Positions 19,167 through 27,992 of a DNA stretch of 63,486 bases are shown here, in pieces. Made by a program: the position numbers and the translations under genes. The stretch lies in assembly GCA_001001045.1 (NCBI GenBank), contig LCIL01000004.1, positions 1-63,486 of the forward strand, given 5' to 3'. The DNA comes from Candidatus Woesebacteria bacterium GW2011_GWA1_44_23. GTDB taxonomy: Bacteria > Patescibacteriota > Microgenomatia > UBA8517. Positions within the stretch are counted from its first letter, which is position 1. Each line of letters starts with the position of its first letter. Under the pieces are notes generated by a model that was not told the DNA's origin, did not search any database, and was given only the letters and a program-made list of their open reading frames with translations.

Positions 19167-19763
19167 TTATTGGTTTTCTAACGATCTCCATAGATACCAG
19201 GAGGCTACTGTTCTGAACGGTTTCCAATATTTTTCGGCAAGGTTGGCAGATTTTATCTTGTCAAACTTCTTACCCGTCACCTTTTCAAACCCGTTTTTAA
19301 TACCCAAGTCCTCAATAGGAAAAACATCAGGCCGGCCCAAAGTGAACATAAGAAACATATCCGCCGTCCATGGACCGATTCCTTTGACAACTATTAGTTC
19401 GCTTTTGACCGAAATATCGGGCAATTCCGATAGTTTTCTTATGTGGATTTCTCTGCTTTTTACCTTTCGGGACAAGTCCTTGATCGCTCCCACTTTACTC
19501 CAGGCCATACCGCAACTCCTAAGTTCATCATCGGAAAGGGATAAGATCTTGTTAGGGGTTAACCTCCCTTTTATTTTGTCCCTTAGGCGTCCTTCGATTA
19601 CATCTGCTACCCTACCCGAAAGTTGCTGTCCGACGATATCCCCAACCAGTCCTTGAAAATAGTCCGTATGAAGTTTGGGTTTTATTTCGCAGTGACCCCA
19701 CTTTTTGATAAGGGGTGCGATGTACTTATCTTTAAGAAGAAATTTTTCGGCTTCCCGCCACAT
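19167..19763 (-). CDS. DNA-3-methyladenine glycosylase II (AlkA-like, HhH-GPD)
   Basis: IVGQQLS, VKGIGPWTADMFLMF...DVFPIEDLG, WKPFRTVASWYLW. Confidence 0.9.
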   Translation of the reverse strand: MWREAEKFLLKDKYIAPLIKKWGHCEIKPKLHTDYFQGLVGDIVGQQLSGRVADVIEGRLRDKIKGRLTPNKILSLSDDELRSCGMAWSKVGAIKDLSRKVKSREIHIRKLSELPDISVKSELIVVKGIGPWTADMFLMFTLGRPDVFPIEDLGIKNGFEKVTGKKFDKIKSANLAEKYWKPFRTVASWYLWRSLENQ

Positions 19764-21394
19764 TAATAATCCATCCCGCCCATTCCGCCTTGAGGCATTA
19801 CGGGATCCTTTTTGTCTTTTTCGATAATATCAGTAATCAGCCCTTCTGTGGTCAGGACCATCATGGCAACGCTTGCAGCATTTTGAAGGGCACTTCTTGT
19901 GACCTTTACCGGGTCAAGTACTCCGAACTTTGTCATGGAGCCATATTCACCGGTCAAGGCGTTGTATCCATAATCAATGTCCTTATTTGCCAATACCTTT
20001 TTCAATACTGCTTCCCCGTCTTCTCCCGCGTTTTTGGACAACCACTTAATAGGTTCTTCCAGGGCTTCCCAAACGATATCAACCCCAATTTGTTCGTCGC
20101 CTTTTCCGACTTTGATCTTCTTTACGGCATCGCGGGCCCTAAGAAATGCTGTTTCGCCTCCGGGAACGATTCCTTCCTCGGTTGCGGCTTTTGTGGCTCC
20201 GACCGCATCTTTGACTCTTTCCCTTTTATCATTAAGCTCAATCTCTGTTGCGGCTCCCACATTTATCTGGGCAACACCACCCGCAAGTTTTGCGAGCCGT
20301 TCTTCAAACTTCTCCTTGTCAAAATCGCTATCCGAAGCCTCAATTTGTTTCCTAATTGATCCTATTCTGGCATCAATCGCCTTTTTATCCCCTTTGCCGC
20401 CAATGACTCTAGCATTGTCTTTATCCGCCCAAACTTTGTCCGCTTGTCCCAAATCCGTTACCTCAATTGATTCGAAGTTTCTACCCGTATCCTCCGAGAT
20501 GACAACTCCGCCGGTTAAAACAGCTATATCTTCAAGCATTTCTTTCCTTCTATCGCCAAATCCCGGGGCTTTAATCGCCAAGACATTGAAAGTTCCACGG
20601 AGTTTATTTACGACCAACGTGGCCAAAGCTTCTCCTTCAATCTCGTCAGCTATAATCACCAAATTCTTGGAAACTTTTACAAACTTCTCCAAAAAAGGAA
20701 GCATATCCTGAATCGACGAAATCTTTTTGTCAGTTATTAGAATGTATGCCCCTTCAATCTCGGCTTCCATCTTGTCCGGGTTTGTAACAAAATAGGCCGA
20801 AGCATAACCCCTATCAAACTCCATCCCCTCTTTATATTCAATGTCGATTGTTAAACCTTTCCCCTCTTCAACGGTAACAACGCCGTCGCGCCCGACTTTA
20901 TCAAGAGCCTCGGCGATTTTTGCTCCAATCTCGTCGTCCCCGGCAGAAATACTGGCCACCTGTGCAATCTCCTCTTTGTTTTTGATTGGTTTTGCCATTT
21001 TCTTGAGTTCCGCTGTTACCGCTTCAACGGCCTTTTCGATTCCCTTTTTAACAATCATTGGATTGGCTCCGGCATCAACTTTGGCCATTCCCTTCTGGGT
21101 CATGACCTGAGCTAAAAGGGTTGAGGTTGTGGTTCCATCCCCTGCATTGTCGTTGGTCTTACTGGCAGCCTCTTTGACAAGCTGTGCACCCATATTCTCG
21201 AAGGGGTCTGGAAGGTCTATCTCTTTGGCAACGGACACCCCGTCATGGACAATATTCGGGGCTCCCCATTTTTTGTCCAAAGCGATGTTCCTCCCCTTGG
21301 GTCCAAGTGTTGTGACAACGGCCCTTGCCACGGTATCAATTCCTTTCAGAAGTGCTTTTCTGGCGTCTTTGGAAAATTTTAATTGCTTTGCCAT
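19763..21394 (-). CDS. groL: Chaperonin GroEL
   Basis: [29 protein letters not shown] tail. Confidence 0.99.
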   Translation of the reverse strand: MAKQLKFSKDARKALLKGIDTVARAVVTTLGPKGRNIALDKKWGAPNIVHDGVSVAKEIDLPDPFENMGAQLVKEAASKTNDNAGDGTTTSTLLAQVMTQKGMAKVDAGANPMIVKKGIEKAVEAVTAELKKMAKPIKNKEEIAQVASISAGDDEIGAKIAEALDKVGRDGVVTVEEGKGLTIDIEYKEGMEFDRGYASAYFVTNPDKMEAEIEGAYILITDKKISSIQDMLPFLEKFVKVSKNLVIIADEIEGEALATLVVNKLRGTFNVLAIKAPGFGDRRKEMLEDIAVLTGGVVISEDTGRNFESIEVTDLGQADKVWADKDNARVIGGKGDKKAIDARIGSIRKQIEASDSDFDKEKFEERLAKLAGGVAQINVGAATEIELNDKRERVKDAVGATKAATEEGIVPGGETAFLRARDAVKKIKVGKGDEQIGVDIVWEALEEPIKWLSKNAGEDGEAVLKKVLANKDIDYGYNALTGEYGSMTKFGVLDPVKVTRSALQNAASVAMMVLTTEGLITDIIEKDKKDPVMPQGGMGGMDY

Positions 21395-21693
21395 TATTTC
21401 GTTTCTATAGCTAAGATGTCTTCAAACTTAACAAATAAGTATTCTGTGTTACCTATCTTAACCTCATTTCCCCCCCACTTTTTGTAAATAACTACGTCGT
21501 TTACCTTTACGGGGGAATTCTTTTTGGTTCCTTTTTCAGTAATCTCGGCGCCCCCCACTGCCAGAACCTTTCCTTTTTGCGGTTTTTCGCCTGCGGTGTC
21601 GGGAAGATAGATTCCTGAAGCCGTTTTGACCTCTTTTTCAAGAGGTTCTATAAGAAGATATCCTGCGGTCGGTTTGAGATTTAATTTTGCCAT
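21394..21693 (-). CDS. groS: Co-chaperonin GroES
   Basis: [25 protein letters not shown]; start re-assigned to ATG 21693. Confidence 0.97.
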   Translation of the reverse strand: MAKLNLKPTAGYLLIEPLEKEVKTASGIYLPDTAGEKPQKGKVLAVGGAEITEKGTKKNSPVKVNDVVIYKKWGGNEVKIGNTEYLFVKFEDILAIETK

Positions 21694-21720
21694 TTTTGCC
21701 GAAAAAATAATGCTAATCAA

Positions 21721-21747
21721 TTAGCATTCATAACCCTCGAGTGCTAT
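21721..21747. promoter_or_regulatory. CIRCE element (HrcA operator) upstream of groES-groEL
   Basis: TTAGCATTC-N9-GAGTGCTAT versus consensus TTAGCACTC-N9-GAGTGCTAA (2 mismatches). Confidence 0.85.
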
Positions 21748-21774
21748 TCTAAGGGCTAAATTGTACTGTGTCAA
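21746..21774 (-). promoter_or_regulatory. Sigma70-type promoter of groES-groEL
   Basis: TTGACA-17 nt-TAGAAT on the minus strand; CIRCE overlaps the predicted +1. Confidence 0.8.
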
Positions 21775-22637
21775 GAGGCTAGACGTGGAATTACCAGCTT
21801 TCCCAGGTCCTGCGGGTGAAAAATAGCCCGGGTTGGAGTTGTCACCTCTTTTGTTATTTTTGATTTCATAAATCCATACTGCAGATCGAAGGCAAGCTTT
21901 TCAAATAATGAAAGGGCGGGGTTTTTAAATAGATGTTTTGTGTTTTCTTCTTTGTGCTTACTGATTTTTACGGCATTTGGCCAATATTTTAGAATCCATA
22001 TATTTTTGGACATAAACTTTTCGTACATGCAATTTTTATTAACCAGAGGCATAACTTGGGATATCTCATGAGCGGTATACAGATTCCTATCGTTTTTTCT
22101 CCAGACAAGATCCGTTTCGTCCATCCACATGTTGAGGCACAATTTATCTTTTTGAATAATCTTCCCTGACTTTCTTATATCAAAGCCGAAAATCTTGAGA
22201 AGGACGTAAGAAAACATTCTTGTTGTCCACAGCAAATTTTTGCTGGTGATTATAAGAAGATCGATGTCGCCATCGTCTGCGGCATTGCCCATTGCCAGCG
22301 AGCCTGTCACCGCTACCATCAAAACGGCCGGAATTAACGACAAAACGCGCGATGCTTTTTTGGCAATCTCCGTTTTTTTTGCGGATATCCTATTACGAAG
22401 GGCTCTTTTGTAGACTAAACCCTCCCTACCGCGTAAGAAGTAGTAGCCGTCTCGAAAACTGACGGGGGTTTCATGGCGGCCGAAAAAAACATCCCCGCTC
22501 GTATTCCATTTAATAAGCTCAGAAAATGTGAGCGGAAAATCAAATAAGTCATGATAGCGTACACTCAGCTCTTCCGATTTTCCTAAAATTCTACGGTTAT
22601 TGGTTTCACCCGTGGCAAGTGTGTAAAGACTTTGCAT
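21771..22637 (-). CDS. Pol-beta-superfamily nucleotidyltransferase-domain protein
   Basis: VAVTGSLAMGNAADDGDIDLLII (hGS...DxD) and KLCLNMW. Start ATG 22637 overlaps upstream stop (TAATG). Confidence 0.7.
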   Translation of the reverse strand: MQSLYTLATGETNNRRILGKSEELSVRYHDLFDFPLTFSELIKWNTSGDVFFGRHETPVSFRDGYYFLRGREGLVYKRALRNRISAKKTEIAKKASRVLSLIPAVLMVAVTGSLAMGNAADDGDIDLLIITSKNLLWTTRMFSYVLLKIFGFDIRKSGKIIQKDKLCLNMWMDETDLVWRKNDRNLYTAHEISQVMPLVNKNCMYEKFMSKNIWILKYWPNAVKISKHKEENTKHLFKNPALSLFEKLAFDLQYGFMKSKITKEVTTPTRAIFHPQDLGKLVIPRLAS

Positions 22638-24061
22638 TATTTGACCACCAGACGATATTGGGCCAGCACCTGGGCAACCCCCTGCGCACAAGTGGCCAAA
22701 GCCTGAAGTGCGGACTCTTTACCGTCCGCCACGGCATTCACGGCATCTCCAAAATAATTGGAAAGTTGAGTATTAATCCCGGTGGGGCCGTCAAAAGTTC
22801 TGGAGGCAATGTACCAGCTTTGTGCTCCAGGCGCCTGCGAGACCAAAGACCCCAAGATGGGGTGATCGGTTAACAGTTGTGCCATGTCACTTCTTGGGTA
22901 AACCTCCCCAAATCCTCTAATGGCCGTTGCGTTTTGATACATTTTTTGCAGCGAATCCTGTGTTGTTAAAAATGCCAGAAAGTTCCATGCCGCCGTTTTG
23001 TTTGGACTTTTTGTCCAGATGCCTTGCGCCCAATACGTGGCGTAAGTAATATCAGGCAAACTCGGGTTGTCTTTCGGAAGCTGGGGTATCGGTGCCGTCT
23101 TAAATTTGAGGTCCGGATTTGCCTGTTTAATTTCAAAATAGCGCCACGACGGCCCTATATACATTGCAAGTTTTCCCCCGGCAAACGATTGTGTTGAAGG
23201 AGGTAGGGTGGAATCCCAAACGCCGTCAACCGAGGAAAAGTTGGTGAAAAATGTGAGGGCCCCTTCTGCATTTTTACCAGTTGGATTGCTAAGATCAACA
23301 TTGTTCTGAATCATCATTAAAGCCAGTATCTCCTGCCAATGGTCGACGTTTTCGGTTCTTCCCAGAGCAACCCCTGCTTGGGTAATAATACCCTGGTCGC
23401 TCTTTATTGTAAGTTCCTTTGCCAATACCCTGAGGTCGTCCCACGTTGCGGGCGCGGTCTTGCCGGCTGCGGTGAAAATGCCCTCGTTTATGTAAAGCAC
23501 CAGCGCATCATAACCGAGCGGTATTCCGACAATTGAGTTTCCGGTGGACAAATCCGATGACGCCGTTCTATAAAAAGTTTTTACATAATCCGCCGGATTT
23601 ATTACACTTGCAGGCAAACTGTCGAGGTCTCCTCTAAACATCGGTACCCAGGAATTGTGGATGTAAAAAATATCCGGACCTGTTCCTTTGGCCAAAGCAT
23701 TCGTAAGTCTTTCTCTGTAGTCCTGGGGTGACTGCTTTATGTAGTTAATCTTAATACCGGGGTGGCTGGCCTGATATTCGTCAATTAGAGGGCTAACAAC
23801 AGAGGGGTCTTCCCAAAGACCCCACCAGGTTATTTGACCTGTCGCACCACCCTTTGATCCTATGAGTTTGAGAGCTAAAAAGACTACGGCGAGAAGAATT
23901 AACCCCACGCCAGCAAAAATTAATACTTTAGGGAGGCGTTTTTTGGAAGGCGGCACAACGGACGGCGGCACCGACGGTATCATAGGCGCTGAAGCCGGTA
24001 CTTGTGAGACAACCGGCGAGCTAAACGAGGGGTCATTCTGATAAATATTTTTTGGCGGCAT
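22637..24061 (-). CDS. TM-anchored extracellular solute-binding protein (carbohydrate ABC type)
   Basis: Pro-rich N-tail, TM, ITWWGLWE, GPDIFYIHNSW, LYINEGIF, FAGGKLAMY, AWNFLAFL. Confidence 0.82.
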   Translation of the reverse strand: MPPKNIYQNDPSFSSPVVSQVPASAPMIPSVPPSVVPPSKKRLPKVLIFAGVGLILLAVVFLALKLIGSKGGATGQITWWGLWEDPSVVSPLIDEYQASHPGIKINYIKQSPQDYRERLTNALAKGTGPDIFYIHNSWVPMFRGDLDSLPASVINPADYVKTFYRTASSDLSTGNSIVGIPLGYDALVLYINEGIFTAAGKTAPATWDDLRVLAKELTIKSDQGIITQAGVALGRTENVDHWQEILALMMIQNNVDLSNPTGKNAEGALTFFTNFSSVDGVWDSTLPPSTQSFAGGKLAMYIGPSWRYFEIKQANPDLKFKTAPIPQLPKDNPSLPDITYATYWAQGIWTKSPNKTAAWNFLAFLTTQDSLQKMYQNATAIRGFGEVYPRSDMAQLLTDHPILGSLVSQAPGAQSWYIASRTFDGPTGINTQLSNYFGDAVNAVADGKESALQALATCAQGVAQVLAQYRLVVK

Positions 24062-24107
24062 TCTGGTTTCTTGGCCTTCGACCTTATCTAAATGGTATCA
24101 TATCGTT

Positions 24108-25868
24108 GTGAGAAGATCGATACTACTTCCATACGCAAAATTCATTAAAAGGACCACCTGGATTGCACTTTCTATTAGTGTCGTAGTTTTAGCGGTGTGT
24201 ACTTCCTATTTCTTGGTTTTTACGGGCAGGATCTACCCGAATACAAGTATCGCCGGTGTCAAAGTCGGAGGTTTATCTGTCACGGATGCCACAACACTTT
24301 TGTCTTCAAACATTGAAGCCCCACAAAGCATCCAACTTGTCGGAGCCGGACAAGTTTTTAGCATAGACACCAAGGATCTGAATCTTTCATATGATTTTAC
24401 AGGCTCAACGCAAAGAGCTTTTAATTTAACGAGAACGGGAAACTTTTTTTATGATTTTACACAACGCGTAAACTTTCTTTTTTATCCTAAAAATATCGGC
24501 CTGGCTGTCAACATGGACGATTCAGAACTTGATAAAGTTATTTCAGTCGTTTCGGGCCAAATTTCAACCGACCCTGTCGAACCGTCAATCACACTCGCTA
24601 ATGGTGCGATTACGGTTAATAAAGGTTCCGCCGGGACAGTAATTGACAGCGAAGGTTTAACTATGGCAATTAGGGAAAGTCTGTCCATGGCAAAAACCGG
24701 AGACATCGAAATACCAGTTGACGTTGTTGACCCTTCTCTCAATCAGGATGAAGCCGAAAAACTAAAGACTCGAGCAGAAAAATACATTGGAAAATCTCTG
24801 CAGCTGAAATTTGAATATGATACCTACACTTTAAGTGACAAGGATCTGATAAAAACTCTTGAGTTTAGAACCGGTTTTGGTAGTAAATCGATAGAATCAA
24901 TAGTTTTGGACATGAATCAGAAAGTTAACCGCGAGCCGCAAAATCCAAAGTTTAATTTTGAAAATGGCCGAGTAACAGAGTTTCAACCCGCTCTTGACGG
25001 TATACGCATCGACAACGCAAATTTCAAAAATAAAATCAGTGTTGCTCTGGGACAAATTGAGAACAGTACCGACAAAGTTGTTGCCGTTGACATTCCCGTC
25101 CTGAAAACCCCACCGGAAGTTTCAACCGAAAGTGTAAATAATCTGGGTATTAAAGAGTTGATAGGACGAGGAACTTCTACTTATTTTCACTCAATTCCTG
25201 GCAGGGTACACAACGTAGCACTGGCCGCAAGCAGAATAAATGGAACTTTGGTCAAGCCCGGAGACACCTTCTCTTTCAATAACACCTTAGGCGACGTCTC
25301 CGCCTTTACCGGATACCGACAGGCTTATATTATTTCGGGCGGCAAGACGATTTTGGGTGACGGAGGAGGTGTGTGCCAGGTCTCCACTACTCTTTTCCGT
25401 TCGGTTCTCAACGCCGGACTTCCGGTTGTTGAGCGTGTCGCTCATGCCTACAGAGTAGGATACTACGAACAGGACTCCCCTCCCGGCTTTGATGCAACGG
25501 TATATGCGCCTTCACCTGATTTAAAATTCAAAAATGATACACCCGCATATATATTGATTACGGCAAAAGCCGATCCTAAAAGTTATTCGCTTGTATTTGA
25601 ACTTTACGGTGCAAGCGACGGGAGAGTGGCAAGCATCACCAAGCCGGTTGTTTCAAATTATTCAGCCCCGCTTCCGACTATATATCAGGACGATCCGACC
25701 CTCCCGACCGGGACGCTTAAACAGACGGACTTTAGCGCCGCAGGAGCGAGGGTGAGTTTCAATTACACCGTTACCAGAGACGGCGAAACAGTTTTTCAAA
25801 AAACCTTTATAAGCAACTACAGGCCTTGGGCTGCCGTTTATCTTCGCGGCACGGGTCCAGCAATTTAG
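24108..25868 (+). CDS. VanW-family protein with PG-binding (YoaR-like) repeats and G5-like C-terminus
   Basis: RVHNVALAASRINGTLVKPGDTFSFN, GGGVCQVSTTLFR, ERVAH, DATVY...DLKFKN. Confidence 0.9.
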   Translation: MRRSILLPYAKFIKRTTWIALSISVVVLAVCTSYFLVFTGRIYPNTSIAGVKVGGLSVTDATTLLSSNIEAPQSIQLVGAGQVFSIDTKDLNLSYDFTGSTQRAFNLTRTGNFFYDFTQRVNFLFYPKNIGLAVNMDDSELDKVISVVSGQISTDPVEPSITLANGAITVNKGSAGTVIDSEGLTMAIRESLSMAKTGDIEIPVDVVDPSLNQDEAEKLKTRAEKYIGKSLQLKFEYDTYTLSDKDLIKTLEFRTGFGSKSIESIVLDMNQKVNREPQNPKFNFENGRVTEFQPALDGIRIDNANFKNKISVALGQIENSTDKVVAVDIPVLKTPPEVSTESVNNLGIKELIGRGTSTYFHSIPGRVHNVALAASRINGTLVKPGDTFSFNNTLGDVSAFTGYRQAYIISGGKTILGDGGGVCQVSTTLFRSVLNAGLPVVERVAHAYRVGYYEQDSPPGFDATVYAPSPDLKFKNDTPAYILITAKADPKSYSLVFELYGASDGRVASITKPVVSNYSAPLPTIYQDDPTLPTGTLKQTDFSAAGARVSFNYTVTRDGETVFQKTFISNYRPWAAVYLRGTGPAI

Positions 25869-25892
25869 CTTCAATATTGGTACAATAGCTGC

Positions 25893-26951
25893 ATGCGGAT
25901 AATCAAAAATTCTGATAGGGCTGTTGATGCTGCCGTACGGGCTTTAAAAAGCGGCGGTCTTGTTATCTATCCCACTGAAACTCTATATGGGATCGGTGTG
26001 GACGCTACAAACCCCAAGGCGATTAAAAAATTAACCAAATACAAGAATCGACCCTTTGGAAAACCTTATTCTATTGTCGTAACCGACCAAAAAATGGCCG
26101 AGGAATACGTCGAGCTAAATTCTGTTGCCAAAAATGTTTACAGGGAGTTTCTTCCGGGACCCCTGACGGTGATTTCAAAAGGAAAACATAAATTGGCCAA
26201 GGGTGTTGAGTCTGAGAACGGGACTCTCGGGATTCGTATCCCTGACTACAAACTGGTTATTGAGACTGTTAGAAAACTCGGCAAGCCTATTACCGCTACT
26301 TCGGCAAACGCAAGTTATAAAAAGCGTCCATATGCCATCGCCGATATTCTAAACAATATTAGCAATAAGCAGAAAATGTTAATTGATTTGATTATTGATG
26401 CCGGCGACCTTCCTCACAACGAGCCTTCCACTGTTATAGACACAACACTTGATGACCTTGTCACCTTGCGCCAGGGAGAAATTATACTAGCTGATAAGAA
26501 TGATGTACTAAGCAGGAGCGAGGAAAACACTGAGAATTTGGCTAAGGAAATTTGGCAAAAATACGAAATTCACAGCGGTAAACGTGCCATTATTTTTGCA
26601 TTACAAGGAGAGATGGGAACAGGAAAAACAATCTTCACCAAAGGACTTGCGCGGGCGATGGGGATAACTGAACTAGTCACCTCCCCCACTTTTACTCTCG
26701 AAAACGAATATTCAACAGGGAGAGAAAAACTTTTCCATTTTGACGCCTGGCGCTTCGAAAAGTCTGAGGAATTGAGATTTCTTGGCTTTAAAGATCTAAT
26801 TAAAGATAAGTCCGTCGTTTCCATCGAATGGGCCGAGAAAGTCTCCGACACTATCCACGAATTTGACGACGAGGCAGTAATTATTTGGGTAAGGATTGAG
26901 TTCGGCAAAGTGGATAGCGAAAGGAGAATTACCTGGGGAATAACACAATGA
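25893..26951 (+). CDS. TsaC (Sua5/YrdC)-TsaE fusion protein for t6A synthesis
   Basis: N-half PTETLYGIG, KNRP, PGPLT, GIRIP, TSAN, PSTVID; C-half ALQGEMGTGKT, VTSPTFTL, HFDAWR, IEWAE. Confidence 0.9.
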   Translation: MRIIKNSDRAVDAAVRALKSGGLVIYPTETLYGIGVDATNPKAIKKLTKYKNRPFGKPYSIVVTDQKMAEEYVELNSVAKNVYREFLPGPLTVISKGKHKLAKGVESENGTLGIRIPDYKLVIETVRKLGKPITATSANASYKKRPYAIADILNNISNKQKMLIDLIIDAGDLPHNEPSTVIDTTLDDLVTLRQGEIILADKNDVLSRSEENTENLAKEIWQKYEIHSGKRAIIFALQGEMGTGKTIFTKGLARAMGITELVTSPTFTLENEYSTGREKLFHFDAWRFEKSEELRFLGFKDLIKDKSVVSIEWAEKVSDTIHEFDDEAVIIWVRIEFGKVDSERRITWGITQ

Positions 26952-27976
26952 AGATATTATCAATCGACACAAGTTGCGACGAGACTGCGGCGGCCGTAAC
27001 CGAAGACACAAATATTCTTTCAAACATCGTCTGGTCGCAAGCTTCGGCTCATACTAAATACGGTGGCATAATGCCCTCCCTGGCGAAGCGCATGCACGAA
27101 GAGCGCATAGACTGGGTTATTCATAAAGCGGTAAAGAATGCCGAATTAACAATCGATCATTTGGACGCGATTGCGGTAACGGTTGGACCCGGGCTTTCGA
27201 TCGCCTTGGGTGTTGGGGTTGATGCGGCTAGGAGTCTGGCGATAAATTACGACAAGAAATTAATTGCCGTCAACCATCTTGAGGGGCACGTCCTAAGCCC
27301 ATTAGCCAATAGCAAGGCCCCTGCATCTGATATAAATTTTCCGTCGTTGGGCCTGGTGGTTTCCGGAGGAAACACCCTTTTAGTCAAAATAAATAAAATC
27401 GGTTCTTATGAAATTGTTGCACAAACCACCGATGACGCCCTCGGTGAAGCTTTGGATAAAGCGGCAAGAATGCTGGGTTTGGGTTACCCGGGCGGAGCAA
27501 TTTTGGAAAAATTCGCACGTGGTGGAAATTTAGAGGCTTACAGACTACCCATACCTATCGTCGGACAGGAGGAGAGAAAAATTTTTACATACTCGGGTCT
27601 TAAGACATCCTTTTCAAGACTTGTTGAATCAGAAAAGCCGCTTACAAAAGAAAAGATTATCAATCTTGCTTCCTGTTTTCAGGATGTTGCATTCACCCAT
27701 TTAATTAGAATTACATCTTTCGTAATTTTGGACTCCAAATTTCACTTTCAAAGTCTACTCGTCGGAGGAGGGGTTTCGGCAAATTTAGAACTTAGAAAGC
27801 GCCTACGAAAACTCGGCAAATATACAGGGATTAATGTACTATTTCCATACTCCAAAAAGCTTACTGGGGATAACGCCGCAATGATTGGGGTTGCGGCATA
27901 TTTTAAAGCGCTTCGTGGGGAGTTTATTGATGTAGACAAAATCGACCGAAAACCAAGCGCAAAGATTAGCGATTGA
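26948..27976 (+). CDS. tsaD: t6A transferase TsaD
   Basis: IDTSCDET, GPGL, NHLEGH, VSGG, DDALGEALDK, GYPGG, YSGLKT, DNAAMIG. Confidence 0.96.
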   Translation: MKILSIDTSCDETAAAVTEDTNILSNIVWSQASAHTKYGGIMPSLAKRMHEERIDWVIHKAVKNAELTIDHLDAIAVTVGPGLSIALGVGVDAARSLAINYDKKLIAVNHLEGHVLSPLANSKAPASDINFPSLGLVVSGGNTLLVKINKIGSYEIVAQTTDDALGEALDKAARMLGLGYPGGAILEKFARGGNLEAYRLPIPIVGQEERKIFTYSGLKTSFSRLVESEKPLTKEKIINLASCFQDVAFTHLIRITSFVILDSKFHFQSLLVGGGVSANLELRKRLRKLGKYTGINVLFPYSKKLTGDNAAMIGVAAYFKALRGEFIDVDKIDRKPSAKISD

Positions 27977-27992
27977 TGCTACAATACTAGGC

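Noticed and set aside
21771-22637. Nucleotidyltransferase as the CCA-adding enzyme for the CCA-less tRNA-Cys
   Set aside because: It lacks class II CCA motifs (GGxVRD, RRD); proximity alone is not evidence.
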